Program-made: the position numbers and the translations under genes | Assembly: GCA_964486335.1 (NCBI GenBank) | Contig: CAZAMB010000019.1 | Location: 7,377 to 71,376, forward strand | From: an uncultured Phycisphaera sp. | Lineage (GTDB): Bacteria > Planctomycetota > Phycisphaerae > UBA1845 | Reading direction: 5' to 3' | DNA: 64,000 nucleotides | The notes under the pieces: generated by a model | What the model was told of the DNA's origin: nothing | The model's input: the letters and a program-made list of their open reading frames with translations, nothing else | The model's database searches: none | Part shown: in pieces, positions 37,668 to 47,685 of the stretch | Layout of the letters: every line of letters starts with the position of its first letter | Numbering within the stretch: the stretch's first letter is position 1

Positions 37668-38354
37668 TTAGTCGCGTTTTTCCTCATCGGGCGCGAAACG
37701 ACCGTGGAAAGTTCCGGCGACGGCCCCCCGAATCCTGTCCAGAACCCGCTTCCAACGCGATCGAAGCGTGGATTCGGACATTCCCAGGGCGTTTCCAGCG
37801 TCAACCCAGCGCCGTGAAGTGATCGCCTCCAACTGCGAAAGAATGACTTTATCGGACTCTGGGAGATCAGCCAGTGCCGCCCGGAGGACGATGATCGATT
37901 CAAATTCCGTAGCCGCCGATTCCACCGAATCAACCTTTCCATCGTCTCCTGCGCCCAGCTCGGAATCGCCAGGCATCGTCTCAAGAATCCCACGTTTCCG
38001 GGCTTGGCGAATCGCGGTCAATGTTTGAAACCGGGCAATCGCGGTCAGGTAGGCCGAAAGCGACTGCGTGCGCTTTTCAATGTCTCGACCAAACGAACGC
38101 AATACTCCGACCCAGGTATCCGAGGCGACGGTATCGAGCCATTGGGGGTCGCGAAGACATTGTCGCTTCGAACAGCGGTAAATCGTAAACCGAACCAGCC
38201 GGTCATATCGACCCATCAGGGTGTCAAGGGCCGCCCGATCTCCGGCCACTGCGGAGGTAAGGAGCGAATGGTCACTCGCCAAGTTGGAGTGTTCGTCTTG
38301 AATCACCCGACTTGGCTCGCCTTGTTCGGTGGGCATCAGGCCATTATCTGACAC
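37668..38354 (-). CDS. ECF-type RNA polymerase sigma factor
   Basis: Region 2-like LDTLMGRYDRLVRFTIYR...DTVASDTWVGVL and region 4 HTH RWVDAGNALGMSESTLRSRWKRVLDRIR. Confidence 0.8.
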   Translation of the reverse strand: MSDNGLMPTEQGEPSRVIQDEHSNLASDHSLLTSAVAGDRAALDTLMGRYDRLVRFTIYRCSKRQCLRDPQWLDTVASDTWVGVLRSFGRDIEKRTQSLSAYLTAIARFQTLTAIRQARKRGILETMPGDSELGAGDDGKVDSVESAATEFESIIVLRAALADLPESDKVILSQLEAITSRRWVDAGNALGMSESTLRSRWKRVLDRIRGAVAGTFHGRFAPDEEKRD

Positions 38355-38761
38355 GGTCGGGGAGGGTCAACCAATGTCGAGCAATGAGTGGTTTATTGAA
38401 TAGGCGCGGGCCGATCATGATTGCCGCTGTTCATTCAAGTTTTTTGGCGGCGATAACAGGCCCTCTCATTCGAAAACAGATTCGAAAGTCAAGCGTTCCA
38501 TCTGAGATCGTTGGAGTGGCCATGCGGTTTTGGCCGGGCGATTCCTCAGTATGACCGCATGAACATCCGCATTCGCGGCCAGGCTGCTGGTTTCAAATTC
38601 CGGCGCATCGAAGCCTCCCTGGCCGCGTTATCGCCGGGGCGGATGACCGGTTTCAGGGGCCGGGAGTCGTTGTCAATTGGCCGTTTGGCGTGGCACGAAA
38701 TGGCGCATGACAAGCGAACTCCCGACCCCGCGTTTTCCCCTCCGGTGGTTCACTCATCGCC

Positions 38762-39904
38762 TTACTCGATGCTGCCGCCACCCGCCTTGGCCCGAGGTCG
38801 CAGTCGCCCATACCACATCGACCCGCGCACCTCATCAAAAGCCGACTTGTTGATTTCAAACGCCGAACCGGATTTCTTGTACGGACCGATGAAACCATCG
38901 GGCATATCGCTTTTGGGATTGGCCGGATCGCCGTAATAGCCCAGTTCTCCCCCGGTGTCGTAGACCTTGTCGGCGTGGCCGTCGGCGAACAGGACATTGG
39001 CATACCCCCCGATCGTATCGCCGCCCTTGGGACTGTGCAGCGGTGCGATGTCGTTGAACTCATGCCCCTTTCGCCCTGGGGTTCCCGTTACGGAACTATA
39101 ATCCACGCTCATTCCGTCGGTGAACGACTCGACCGTGAATTCTCCCACGCGAACCACCTCGCGACCGGCGAAGCGGTTGATCGCGTCGGCGTAGGCAACG
39201 GTGACCTCACTGTCTCCGGAATCGCCGGCACGGGCATCGCCCATGACGGCGATGCGATCCGGGGCGATCGGCGAATTGGACAGATGGCTGTCGGCGAGCG
39301 GACCGTCGCCGTCACGCGGGCACTTGGAGGGGTCGGTCGGGTCGCCGTTTGAATCGTAGCCGTCGGATGCGGTGGGATCGCCGCGAGAGAAGTGCCAGGT
39401 CGTGGCATAGTTCGTGTTGTAGCCTTTTTCCCAAAAATCGGCCGCTCCCTCGGAGTCGGAGGCCGGATCGAGCACGGGAACGACAGCCCGCCCGCCGTTG
39501 GACCCCCAACGTACGGGATTGTCGGATCCGGTCGCGGCGGCGCCGGTGTAGTCGGCGACCTTTTCGTTGATTTGCCAGCGATTGGACGGACACAGCATCT
39601 TCCCCGGAGTCGCAACCTTAAGATTGATTACGTCGGCGACCCAGCCCACGTTGCGGACATCTCCGTCCCTGCGGTGGTCAAAGGCACCACTGCTCCGGGC
39701 CAGTCGCCGGTCCTGAGCTGCGTAAATTTCAAAGGCTGAGGAAAAAGTGCGCAAGTGCGAAGCACAAGCGGACCCTTTTGCGGCTTCCCGAGCCTTCGAC
39801 AGCGAAGGCAGCAACATGGCGATCAAGAGCGCGATGATCGCGATGACCACCATGAGCTCCACCAGGGTGAATCCTGCCCTCGACGTTGATTTAACGGTGT
39901 GCAT
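38762..39904 (-). CDS. DUF1559 protein with prepilin-type N-terminal cleavage/methylation leader
   Basis: [25 protein letters not shown] leader. The C-terminal region carries H-X9-DG ([21 protein letters not shown]), typical of the planctomycete DUF1559 family. Confidence 0.88.
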   Translation of the reverse strand: MHTVKSTSRAGFTLVELMVVIAIIALLIAMLLPSLSKAREAAKGSACASHLRTFSSAFEIYAAQDRRLARSSGAFDHRRDGDVRNVGWVADVINLKVATPGKMLCPSNRWQINEKVADYTGAAATGSDNPVRWGSNGGRAVVPVLDPASDSEGAADFWEKGYNTNYATTWHFSRGDPTASDGYDSNGDPTDPSKCPRDGDGPLADSHLSNSPIAPDRIAVMGDARAGDSGDSEVTVAYADAINRFAGREVVRVGEFTVESFTDGMSVDYSSVTGTPGRKGHEFNDIAPLHSPKGGDTIGGYANVLFADGHADKVYDTGGELGYYGDPANPKSDMPDGFIGPYKKSGSAFEINKSAFDEVRGSMWYGRLRPRAKAGGGSIE

Positions 39905-40353
39905 GTGCGTTCTCCTAGCATTTCAGTCCAAGACTTCCATTATCCGTGGGGTGGTCGACATCGCCCCCGCACGCATCGTCACGCGACAGGGTGCCTTGTT
40001 TGTGTTCGGGGTGTTCAAGATCGGCGTTAAATATCCGTTTAGCTCACATTAAAGACTTGCAAGGTGCGGTATCATCGCCGCGGTAGCTGTTGGTGCGTCG
40101 GGCTGGTGACGTGCGGGTCAGGAGAAGATACGGTCAGCGACGAGTGGATCGGGGGAGGACGGAGGAGACGATCTCTCACGCACAATGGAGCCTTCGCTTG
40201 GAGTCGACTCGGTTTTGGTGCCGCATGTTCGACCCCCCTGTGTCCCCCCTTGGAATGGGGGGAGGCGACGGCCGAACCGCTTCACGAAAAGCAAGAATGA
40301 TCCAGAAGGAATGCAAACCGCAACGAGACGTACGGCTCAGGTTTCTCGCCTTG

Positions 40354-41118
40354 TTATTCCTGCGGCGGCTGCATGTTCTTGAGTTCGTCGCGCAGGCGGG
40401 CGGCGTCCTCGAAGCGTTCCTGCTCGACGGCGTCGCGAAGAGCCTTGCGCGTCAGCAACACCGATCCCTTGGGCACGCGACCGTTCAGTTCGGCCGCCAA
40501 GGCGCGGAGCATTTTGATTTCCTCGCAGCCGCTTGCCCGATCGGGATGACCCTGACCCTCGAAATGGGCCTTGATTTCGAGGATGCCGCGGTTGACGTGC
40601 GCGAGCGCGCTGGACGTCTCGTTTTCCTCCAGAGCCAGATAGGCGCTCGCTCGCGCCCGCATCATCAGGACATACGGCCGAAACTCCTCGAGCGCATTTC
40701 GGTCGTCGGCATCGAAAGCGTAGTCGCGGCAGTGGTCGAAAATCGCCAGACTATGCGCTGTGTCGCGCACGACATTGGCGAACTCTTCGAGCACAAAGAG
40801 CGCGATGTAGCGCCGATAAAAAAGCGACGCTTCGTTTCGCAGGGCTTCGCAGTCATTACGGGACAGTACGAATCCCAGGGGCGTTCCGTTGCGTTCCTGG
40901 TGTTTGGTCAGCCGGCGCAGATAGTAGTCCAGCGCCGTCTTGCAGCCGTGCGGACGGGCACCGTCGGGACGGCCTTCGGCCTCCATCTGGATGATGCCCA
41001 GCTCGACTCGCATCTGGATGCGGACGGCGTCGTCGGTTCCGAGAATCTTGCGAACCGAGATTTTGTCGGGTTCGTACGGCCAGTCGCGCAGCGTTGCCTG
41101 CAAATCGATATATGACAT
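40354..41118 (-). CDS. Conserved hypothetical protein with C-terminal UVR (UvrB/UvrC) motif
   Basis: A GGGGAGG Shine-Dalgarno precedes the ATG at 41118 (MSYIDLQ...). The C-terminus is RDAVEQERFEDAARLRDELKNM. Confidence 0.65.
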   Translation of the reverse strand: MSYIDLQATLRDWPYEPDKISVRKILGTDDAVRIQMRVELGIIQMEAEGRPDGARPHGCKTALDYYLRRLTKHQERNGTPLGFVLSRNDCEALRNEASLFYRRYIALFVLEEFANVVRDTAHSLAIFDHCRDYAFDADDRNALEEFRPYVLMMRARASAYLALEENETSSALAHVNRGILEIKAHFEGQGHPDRASGCEEIKMLRALAAELNGRVPKGSVLLTRKALRDAVEQERFEDAARLRDELKNMQPPQE

Positions 41119-41531
41119 TGGCTCCGACCTCCCCTCGCGGCGGCGATTCCTCGAATCCCCCAAAGTGATCCTAGGCTTGCGAAAGTCTACAATCCAACCG
41201 GAGGCAATCGTGGCAATTTTCAACTTGACCGGGTTCGGACGGCGCCGGGAACCGTCATTTGGGGACCGGCCGAAAAAGTGGCTGCTCGCCAACCAATTCA
41301 ACGTCCGCATCGCCACTGCCCATTGGCTGTTCTCGGGCCGCCGCGCACTCGCTATTCGAAATACCACACCTTGTTTCCGTTACCAGATCGCACGATTTGA
41401 CGCGGCTGCTCGAAGTGGGGAAGGTAACCGATGCCTTGGATTTGGGTCGGCCAACCGGTGGACGGTTTCGCCGGATTCAAAGTCATCACGGAACGGCCGA
41501 GTATTGCTTTCTAATCAACGAGGGTTTTTCC

Positions 41532-43682
41532 ATGGTCAACATCATGAACCAAAAAAACAAGTGGAATGTTGAAGCGCCGGTCGGTCTTCGGCGGGCGAAT
41601 CGATGGGGCCTGCAAACGCGAGTATGTTACCGGCTCTTGCTAGCGGGATTGGTTACGGTCGCTGGGGCCGATTCCGCTCGAGGCGGCGAGTCCTTCACGC
41701 CCGAACATGTCGCCAAGCTGCGATTCGTGACGTCCGCCGCCATTTCGCCTGACGGCGCGAACACGGCCTATACCCTCGCGGTACCGCGACGTCCGTACAA
41801 GGACGACGACGGACCGGCCTGGGTCGAATTGCACGTCATCGTCGGAAACGGAGCGTCGAAGCCTTTTGTGACGGGCGAGGTGAATGTCTCCGCCGTGCAA
41901 TGGAAACCCGACGGCAGGGCCGTTTCCTTCCTTGCCAAGCGTGGCAAGGACAAGACCAAGTCGCTGTATGAAATCGCGATCGACGGAGGCGAAGCCCGCA
42001 ACATTCTGACGTTCGACACCGACATCAGCGACTACTCCTGGAGTCCGGACGGCTCACGCGTGGCCTTTCTTGCATCTGAAAAGGAAAGCAAGGAAGCGAA
42101 GGAGCAAAAAGAGAAGGGCTTCAAGCAGGAAATCTACGAAGAGGACTTGGAAAAGATTCGCGTCTGGATCGCGAAGCCGGGCGATGAAAACGCCAAGCCG
42201 CAGTCGCTCGACCTGCCGGGCACGCCGTCGGAACTGCACTGGAGTCCGGTTGGAGCATCGCTCGCGGTGGCTTTGGCCCCTTCCCCTTTGATCGACGACC
42301 ACTACATGCGTCGCAAGCTCCACGTGTTCAACGCCGACAACGGAGCAATCGTGTCGAGTTTTCAAAACCCCGGAAAGATGGGTGCTGTGTCCTGGAGCCC
42401 CGACGGAAAGCGGCTCGCGATGATCTCAGCGGCGGATATCAATGATCCTGCCGATGGCCGGCTTCTCATCGCCGACCCGGCTGACGGTTCGCTGCGAGAC
42501 ATCCTGCCCGATTACGAGGGTCACGTGAAGTCCATTGCGTGGCAGGACGCAGACACGGTCATGTTTCTTGGCGACGAAGGCGTCTGGACGACCTTTGGCG
42601 AAATCGGACGCGAAGGCCAAAACCGAAAGACACATCTTCCGAAGGGCGGCGTCACCGCGTCAGAGTTCAGTGTTTCCCGCGACGGACAAAGTGTCGCGAT
42701 GGTCATGGATTCGCCGCGGCATCCGTCCGAACTCTTCATCATGCGCCATGGCGACAAGGAGCCGAAACGAGTGACCGGTAGCAACCCCTGGTTGTCGGAT
42801 ATGAACTGGGCAAAACAGGAAGTCATTACCCATAAAGCCCGCGACGGCGTTACGCTGGAAGGACTCCTGATTCGCCCGCTCAATGAGGAATCCGGGAAGC
42901 GCTATCCCCTTATCCTGCGCGTTCACGGCGGCCCCGAGGCCCACGATCACAACGGCTGGTCGACCGGCTACGGCAATCCCGGCCAAGTCGCCGCCGCCAA
43001 CGGGTATGCCGTTTTCTATCCGAACTATCGCGGAAGCACGGGTCGCGGCGTGGCGTTTTCGAAGATGGGTCAGGGCGATCCGGCGGGCAAGGAGTTTGAT
43101 GATCTGGTCGACGCCGTGGATCACCTCATTTCGATGGGACTTGTGGACAAGGACAAGGTCGGCATCACCGGCGGATCATACGGCGGATACGCGACGGCCT
43201 GGTGCAGCACTTACTATTCCGAGCGCTTCGCTGCGGGCGTCATGTTCGTGGGCATCAGCAACAAGCTCTCCAAATCGGGAACAACGGATATCCCCGACGA
43301 AGAGGCGCTGGTTCACGCCCTGAAGCGACCGTGGGACGACTGGACGGGCTTTCTCGATCGTAGCCCGATTCGTCACGTCGAGAAAGCCAAAACGCCGCTG
43401 CTCATCATGCACGGCAAGGACGATCCGCGCGTCCATCCCAGCCAGTCCATGGAATTGTATCGCCACCTCAAGACCTTGGGCCGCGTCCCCGTGCGGCTTG
43501 TTTTTTATCCAGGGGAAGGCCACGGCAATCGAAAGGCCGCCGCGCGATACGACTTTAACCTTCGAATGATGCAATGGTTCGATCATTATCTGAAAGGCCC
43601 CGGAGGCGATCCGCCTCCCTTCGAACTTCGATATGGTTTGAAGCCCGAAACGTCGGAGAAAGAAGAACCGGCCGGGAGTTGA
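41532..43682 (+). CDS. S9 family serine peptidase (acylaminoacyl-peptidase / DPP-like) with N-terminal beta-propeller
   Basis: Repeated SPDG blades (SPDGANTAY, KPDGRAVSF, SPDGSRVAF, SPDGKRLAM, SRDGQSVAM). Nucleophile elbow GGSYGGYAT, then HGKDDPRV and GEGHG. The start is set at the ATG at 41532. Confidence 0.88.
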   Translation: MVNIMNQKNKWNVEAPVGLRRANRWGLQTRVCYRLLLAGLVTVAGADSARGGESFTPEHVAKLRFVTSAAISPDGANTAYTLAVPRRPYKDDDGPAWVELHVIVGNGASKPFVTGEVNVSAVQWKPDGRAVSFLAKRGKDKTKSLYEIAIDGGEARNILTFDTDISDYSWSPDGSRVAFLASEKESKEAKEQKEKGFKQEIYEEDLEKIRVWIAKPGDENAKPQSLDLPGTPSELHWSPVGASLAVALAPSPLIDDHYMRRKLHVFNADNGAIVSSFQNPGKMGAVSWSPDGKRLAMISAADINDPADGRLLIADPADGSLRDILPDYEGHVKSIAWQDADTVMFLGDEGVWTTFGEIGREGQNRKTHLPKGGVTASEFSVSRDGQSVAMVMDSPRHPSELFIMRHGDKEPKRVTGSNPWLSDMNWAKQEVITHKARDGVTLEGLLIRPLNEESGKRYPLILRVHGGPEAHDHNGWSTGYGNPGQVAAANGYAVFYPNYRGSTGRGVAFSKMGQGDPAGKEFDDLVDAVDHLISMGLVDKDKVGITGGSYGGYATAWCSTYYSERFAAGVMFVGISNKLSKSGTTDIPDEEALVHALKRPWDDWTGFLDRSPIRHVEKAKTPLLIMHGKDDPRVHPSQSMELYRHLKTLGRVPVRLVFYPGEGHGNRKAAARYDFNLRMMQWFDHYLKGPGGDPPPFELRYGLKPETSEKEEPAGS

Positions 43683-44624
43683 TGCATGTCACACGAACCA
43701 TGGCCCGCTCGCTCTCAAGACTTCTTGCGAATCTCGATAGCGGCGTCCCCTGTGTCTTGTTTCGCCGCCGGGATGTGCCGAGGAGTGGGAGAGTCAAGAA
43801 AAAACTGCGAGTCTTCGAGCACCGTCGCGCGAAGATGGAACTCATCGTTCTTCCTACCGCATGCGACCCCGGACCATGCATCCGCGTCGGCCCGCATGCC
43901 ACAGGGCTCGCGAATCTTCACTCCCGGCTCTCGGTGACACGCATATGTGACTCGCGCCGAGGGTCGCCTTTTTCATTCGCCCCGTACTCTGGCATGAGAA
44001 CGCCGCAAATGGTGCGTGGAACTCATTCCAGAACTTCGCGAGCCGCGAGATTCAGCCCTCGCAAACAGTCAGGTTTTTGCGACGTTCTACGGATTTGGAG
44101 TTGCTGCGAAACGCATTGGTTTCGACTTTTGCACTCTTCGAAGCCAAGTAAACGCCGATATTGCCAGGGATTGCCTTCATGCTGCAAGAGTCTTGCGAAC
44201 CCTCGCGTTTGAGCGCAATCGCAGCAATTCGTCACGCATGCAGTTACACCAACCTCACTGCGATGTCCGATCGGATGAACCGCGATACTCGGAACTGGGA
44301 ATTTTTCTACGCCTCGAACGGACGATCTGTGAATTGCTTGGCTGGCGTTCGGGATTTGCAAAAACAACACGCCGATCTAACACATTCTTAACGGTCTCAC
44401 TATAGTGTGCCGGAGTCGCGTTTGGAGAAAAAACGGGTTCCTCAAACAGAATTGTCGCGGTTTTCGGCAGCTCTTACCCAAACGGAATCGGACCAGCTCC
44501 AACGTGCCAGGAACAGGTTCGGACGGCGCAGTGATCCTGGTCTTACTTGCGTCGACGTAGCGTTTGACCGGGAGGCGTAATGTTCGGTTGCGGATTTCCT
44601 TGAGTAGATGAGGACCCTGGCGTC

Positions 44625-46016
44625 ATGAAAATGTTCAATGATCAGAATCGACCATCCCGGCAATCCGGTCGGATTCAATGGAATCGCGAACTGCGATCAT
44701 TGTTCGTGGCTTTTCTGTCCTTCAGCGGAGCCGCTTGCTTCGGACAGGATTCCACCGGCGCAAAGCCAGGTTCGAACCCAACTCCTGAGAAGAGTGCAAG
44801 TCCCGAGGCAACCACAGCTTCGGAAAAGCCCTTCGATCTTTGGACCCGCAAGCACCTCACCGGCGATTGGAACGGCCATCGCAAAGTGCTCGAAGAAAAA
44901 GGAATCACGCTGGAACTGTACTACAACCAGCAATTTCAACAGAACTTCCGCGGCGGCCTGGATACGCACAACGGACATCGTTTTTCCGGCAGCTACGATC
45001 TCAACCTGAAGCTGGATTTCGAGAAAATGGGCTGGATGGAAGATGCAGGGTTTTATATTCGGGCAGCCAAGGGATCGTGGTCGGATGGCATCAATCCGAA
45101 CAAGGTCGGTGCGATGTTCAACGTCAACAGCGACGCTGGAGACGACCAACCGATTTTCATCAACAAGTGGTGGCTTTGGAAGAAGTTTGCGGACGGCAAA
45201 CTCGAGCTTCGGCTTGGTTTGTTGCAGACCAATAAGGACTTGTTCGACGTCAGCCTGTATGCAAATCACGAAGACAAGGATTTCCTGAATCGGCTTTCCA
45301 TCCGCAACGCCACCGTCCCTCATCGCACCGGAAACGGTATCTTTCTTAAGTTCGAACCTGTGAATTGGTTTTATACACAGATTGCCGCCGTCGACGCCGA
45401 TCACCAGGCCCGAACGACAGGCTGGGACACGGCCTTTCATGAGCGGACGTGGTTTGCGGGATTCTGGGAGGCCGGGTTTACGCCCAAATGGGAATCGAGC
45501 AAGGGTCCGATGCCCGGTCGATACCGAATCGGCGTCTGGTACGATCCGCGAACGAAGACGCTGTTTCGAAATGCATTGGGCGGTCGGCGTCGCGCCGAAA
45601 CCAATGATGGTGACGCGGGCTACTACCTCGGCCTGGACCAAATGGTTTGGAAGGAAAACGACAACGCAAAGGACCAACAGGGGCTCGGGCTTTTCGCAAG
45701 ATACGGTCATGCCCGCGCGGACCGCAATCGAGTGGACGATTCCTGGCAGTTGGGAGCCTCTTACCGCGGAGCGATTCCGACGCGCGACGACGACGTCGTG
45801 GCGTTTTCGGTCGCGCAAGGCATCCAGTCGGAACGGTATCGCGACGAGATTCGGCGACTCGCGGATCGAGAGACAGTTTACGAGTTGTATTATGCCATGC
45901 AGGTAACACCGTGGATGATCGTGTCGCCGGATCTTCAGTTCATAACAAACCCCGGCGGGGACAAGAACGATCGAGATGCGATCGTCGGCGGGATTCGGGT
46001 ACGAATCATTTTTTAA
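44625..46016 (+). CDS. OprB-family (carbohydrate-selective type) outer-membrane porin
   Basis: Signal peptide. LTGDWNGHRKVLEEKGITLELYYNQQFQQNFRGG matches the OprB N-terminal signature. Alternating beta-strand pattern and a C-terminal Phe (VRIIF). Confidence 0.8.
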   Translation: MKMFNDQNRPSRQSGRIQWNRELRSLFVAFLSFSGAACFGQDSTGAKPGSNPTPEKSASPEATTASEKPFDLWTRKHLTGDWNGHRKVLEEKGITLELYYNQQFQQNFRGGLDTHNGHRFSGSYDLNLKLDFEKMGWMEDAGFYIRAAKGSWSDGINPNKVGAMFNVNSDAGDDQPIFINKWWLWKKFADGKLELRLGLLQTNKDLFDVSLYANHEDKDFLNRLSIRNATVPHRTGNGIFLKFEPVNWFYTQIAAVDADHQARTTGWDTAFHERTWFAGFWEAGFTPKWESSKGPMPGRYRIGVWYDPRTKTLFRNALGGRRRAETNDGDAGYYLGLDQMVWKENDNAKDQQGLGLFARYGHARADRNRVDDSWQLGASYRGAIPTRDDDVVAFSVAQGIQSERYRDEIRRLADRETVYELYYAMQVTPWMIVSPDLQFITNPGGDKNDRDAIVGGIRVRIIF

Positions 46017-46484
46017 ATTGGGCTTTACGAACAGTTAATGAAAGGCGGTTAAAATGTCAATGAGAGGTTCAACGTGGTGCTCTCGAATGGGCAGAATCAT
46101 GGCGATTACGGTACCCGGAATGGCGTTGTGGGGGACGAGTTGCGCGACGGATGTTCGCCATGCGATCGTCTCGGCCGGGTTGGATTTCGTGGAAGGTACC
46201 GCGGGAACCGTTCTCGAAACGGTTTTCCCGATTGAGGACTTTCTTGACGGCGGCAACTGACGAACGCGGATCATGGCAATCTGCACGGGAATCGCCATCG
46301 TACATAGACGTGAGAGATCGATGTCTATGCCGCCCAACCGCGAGAACCAAGCGGACAGACGTTTGAGCTTGATTGGTCGTTTCCGCCGGCCGGGAAGTTC
46401 AAGCAGCAAGCAACTGCGTTTCCCATTGAGGATGGGCGTGATGATGAAAAACGAAATGGAGCAACGAGAGAGGATCATATCCGG

Positions 46485-47540
46485 ATGACAAGTAACACGA
46501 TATTTGGTCGAGGTATAACGAGAATCGACGTACTTCTCGCCGCGAAGATGCTGATCGCCGCGAGCATCGTAGGCACCCTCGCAATGGGACCATTGGCGCC
46601 GGCGCTGGGCAGTGAGCCGTCGGGCACCGTCAAAGTCGACGGGTCGAGCACCGTAGCGCCTATCACGATGGGCATGGCGGAGAAGTTCATGTCCAAGAAT
46701 CGAGGTGTGCGCGTGACGGTCGGCGTTTCGGGAACGGGAGGCGGGTTCAAGAAGTTCCTAGACGATCGGGCGGATCTCCGGACGGACATCAATGATGCGT
46801 CGCGGCCGATCAAGGAAAGTGAGATGTCGAGGGCCAAGGAGCTTGGCATCGGGTTCATCGAACTTCCCGTGGCCATCGACGGCTTGGTTGTGGTGGTGCA
46901 TCCGAGCAATTCGTTTTGCGACCACCTGACGCTGGACGAACTAAAGCGAATGTGGGAGCCAGGCAGCTCCATCAACAACTGGAAGGACGTGCGGGCGGGA
47001 TTTCCTGATCTATCGTTGAAGCTATACGGTCCCGGCACGGACAGCGGAACATTTGATTACTTCACGGAAGTCGTCGTCGGCAAGGAAAAGGCCTGTCGAA
47101 ACGACTTCACAGGCAGCGAGAGCGATAACGTGCTCGTGCAGGGCGTTAGCGGCGACAAGGGATCGCTCGGTTATTTTGGCCACGCCTATTACGAAGCCAA
47201 CAAGAGCAAATTGAAGCTCCTGGCGATCGACAATGGAGACGGCAAGCCGATCGCTCCGAATTCGATTGATGTCATTCGCAGCGGCGAGTATCGGCCGCTT
47301 TCCCGCCCACTGTTTATTTATGTCAATGCCGATTCTGCAAAACGTCCGGAAGTTCGAGCATTCGTCGAGTTTTACCTTGATAATGGGCCGGCCGTCGTCG
47401 AGCATCCGCGGATCGGTTATGTCGCCCTTCCGCCCGAACTGTATTCCGTCTCCATGAATCGATTTCGCGACGGTACGGCGGGATCGCCGATGAGTACAGC
47501 GCCTGCCGGCACCGTCGATCTACTCAAGATTTTCAAGTAG
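46485..47540 (+). CDS. pstS: Phosphate ABC transporter substrate-binding protein
   Basis: VDGSSTVAPI, VSGTGGGFKKF and GTDSGTFDYF motifs. Followed by pstCAB-phoU. Confidence 0.9.
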   Translation: MTSNTIFGRGITRIDVLLAAKMLIAASIVGTLAMGPLAPALGSEPSGTVKVDGSSTVAPITMGMAEKFMSKNRGVRVTVGVSGTGGGFKKFLDDRADLRTDINDASRPIKESEMSRAKELGIGFIELPVAIDGLVVVVHPSNSFCDHLTLDELKRMWEPGSSINNWKDVRAGFPDLSLKLYGPGTDSGTFDYFTEVVVGKEKACRNDFTGSESDNVLVQGVSGDKGSLGYFGHAYYEANKSKLKLLAIDNGDGKPIAPNSIDVIRSGEYRPLSRPLFIYVNADSAKRPEVRAFVEFYLDNGPAVVEHPRIGYVALPPELYSVSMNRFRDGTAGSPMSTAPAGTVDLLKIFK

Positions 47541-47685
47541 ATGAGAGGGAAATCCAATGGAGTAGCCCATCGAGTTGTCGGGTACGCGCAAAACGCCGAA
47601 ACCGGCGCAGAAGCATCAAGGCGTCGAAGTGACGATCGGTTGCGTGCTGCTCTGTGAGCGATAAGCTAGCTCCCAGTAGGCAACC

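Noticed and set aside
40244-40262. CCCCCC-TTGGAAT-GGGGGG hairpin downstream of the UVR-motif gene.
   Set aside because: No U-tract follows it on either strand, so it cannot be called an intrinsic terminator. It is kept only as a note inside the 40354-41118 finding.
43574-44212. 212-aa ORF spanning the end of the S9 peptidase gene and the following gap.
   Set aside because: It starts inside the well-supported peptidase CDS in another frame. The sequence is Arg/Ser-rich with no motifs and overlaps other equally poor ORFs.
44396-44405. CTCACTATAG, identical to the core of the T7 class III promoter, overlapping the palindrome CACTATAGTG.
   Set aside because: Only 3 of the 8 upstream specificity positions match the T7 promoter. 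No phage-type RNA polymerase gene or prophage genes are in the window. A 10-mer match is within chance expectation for two strands of 64 kb.
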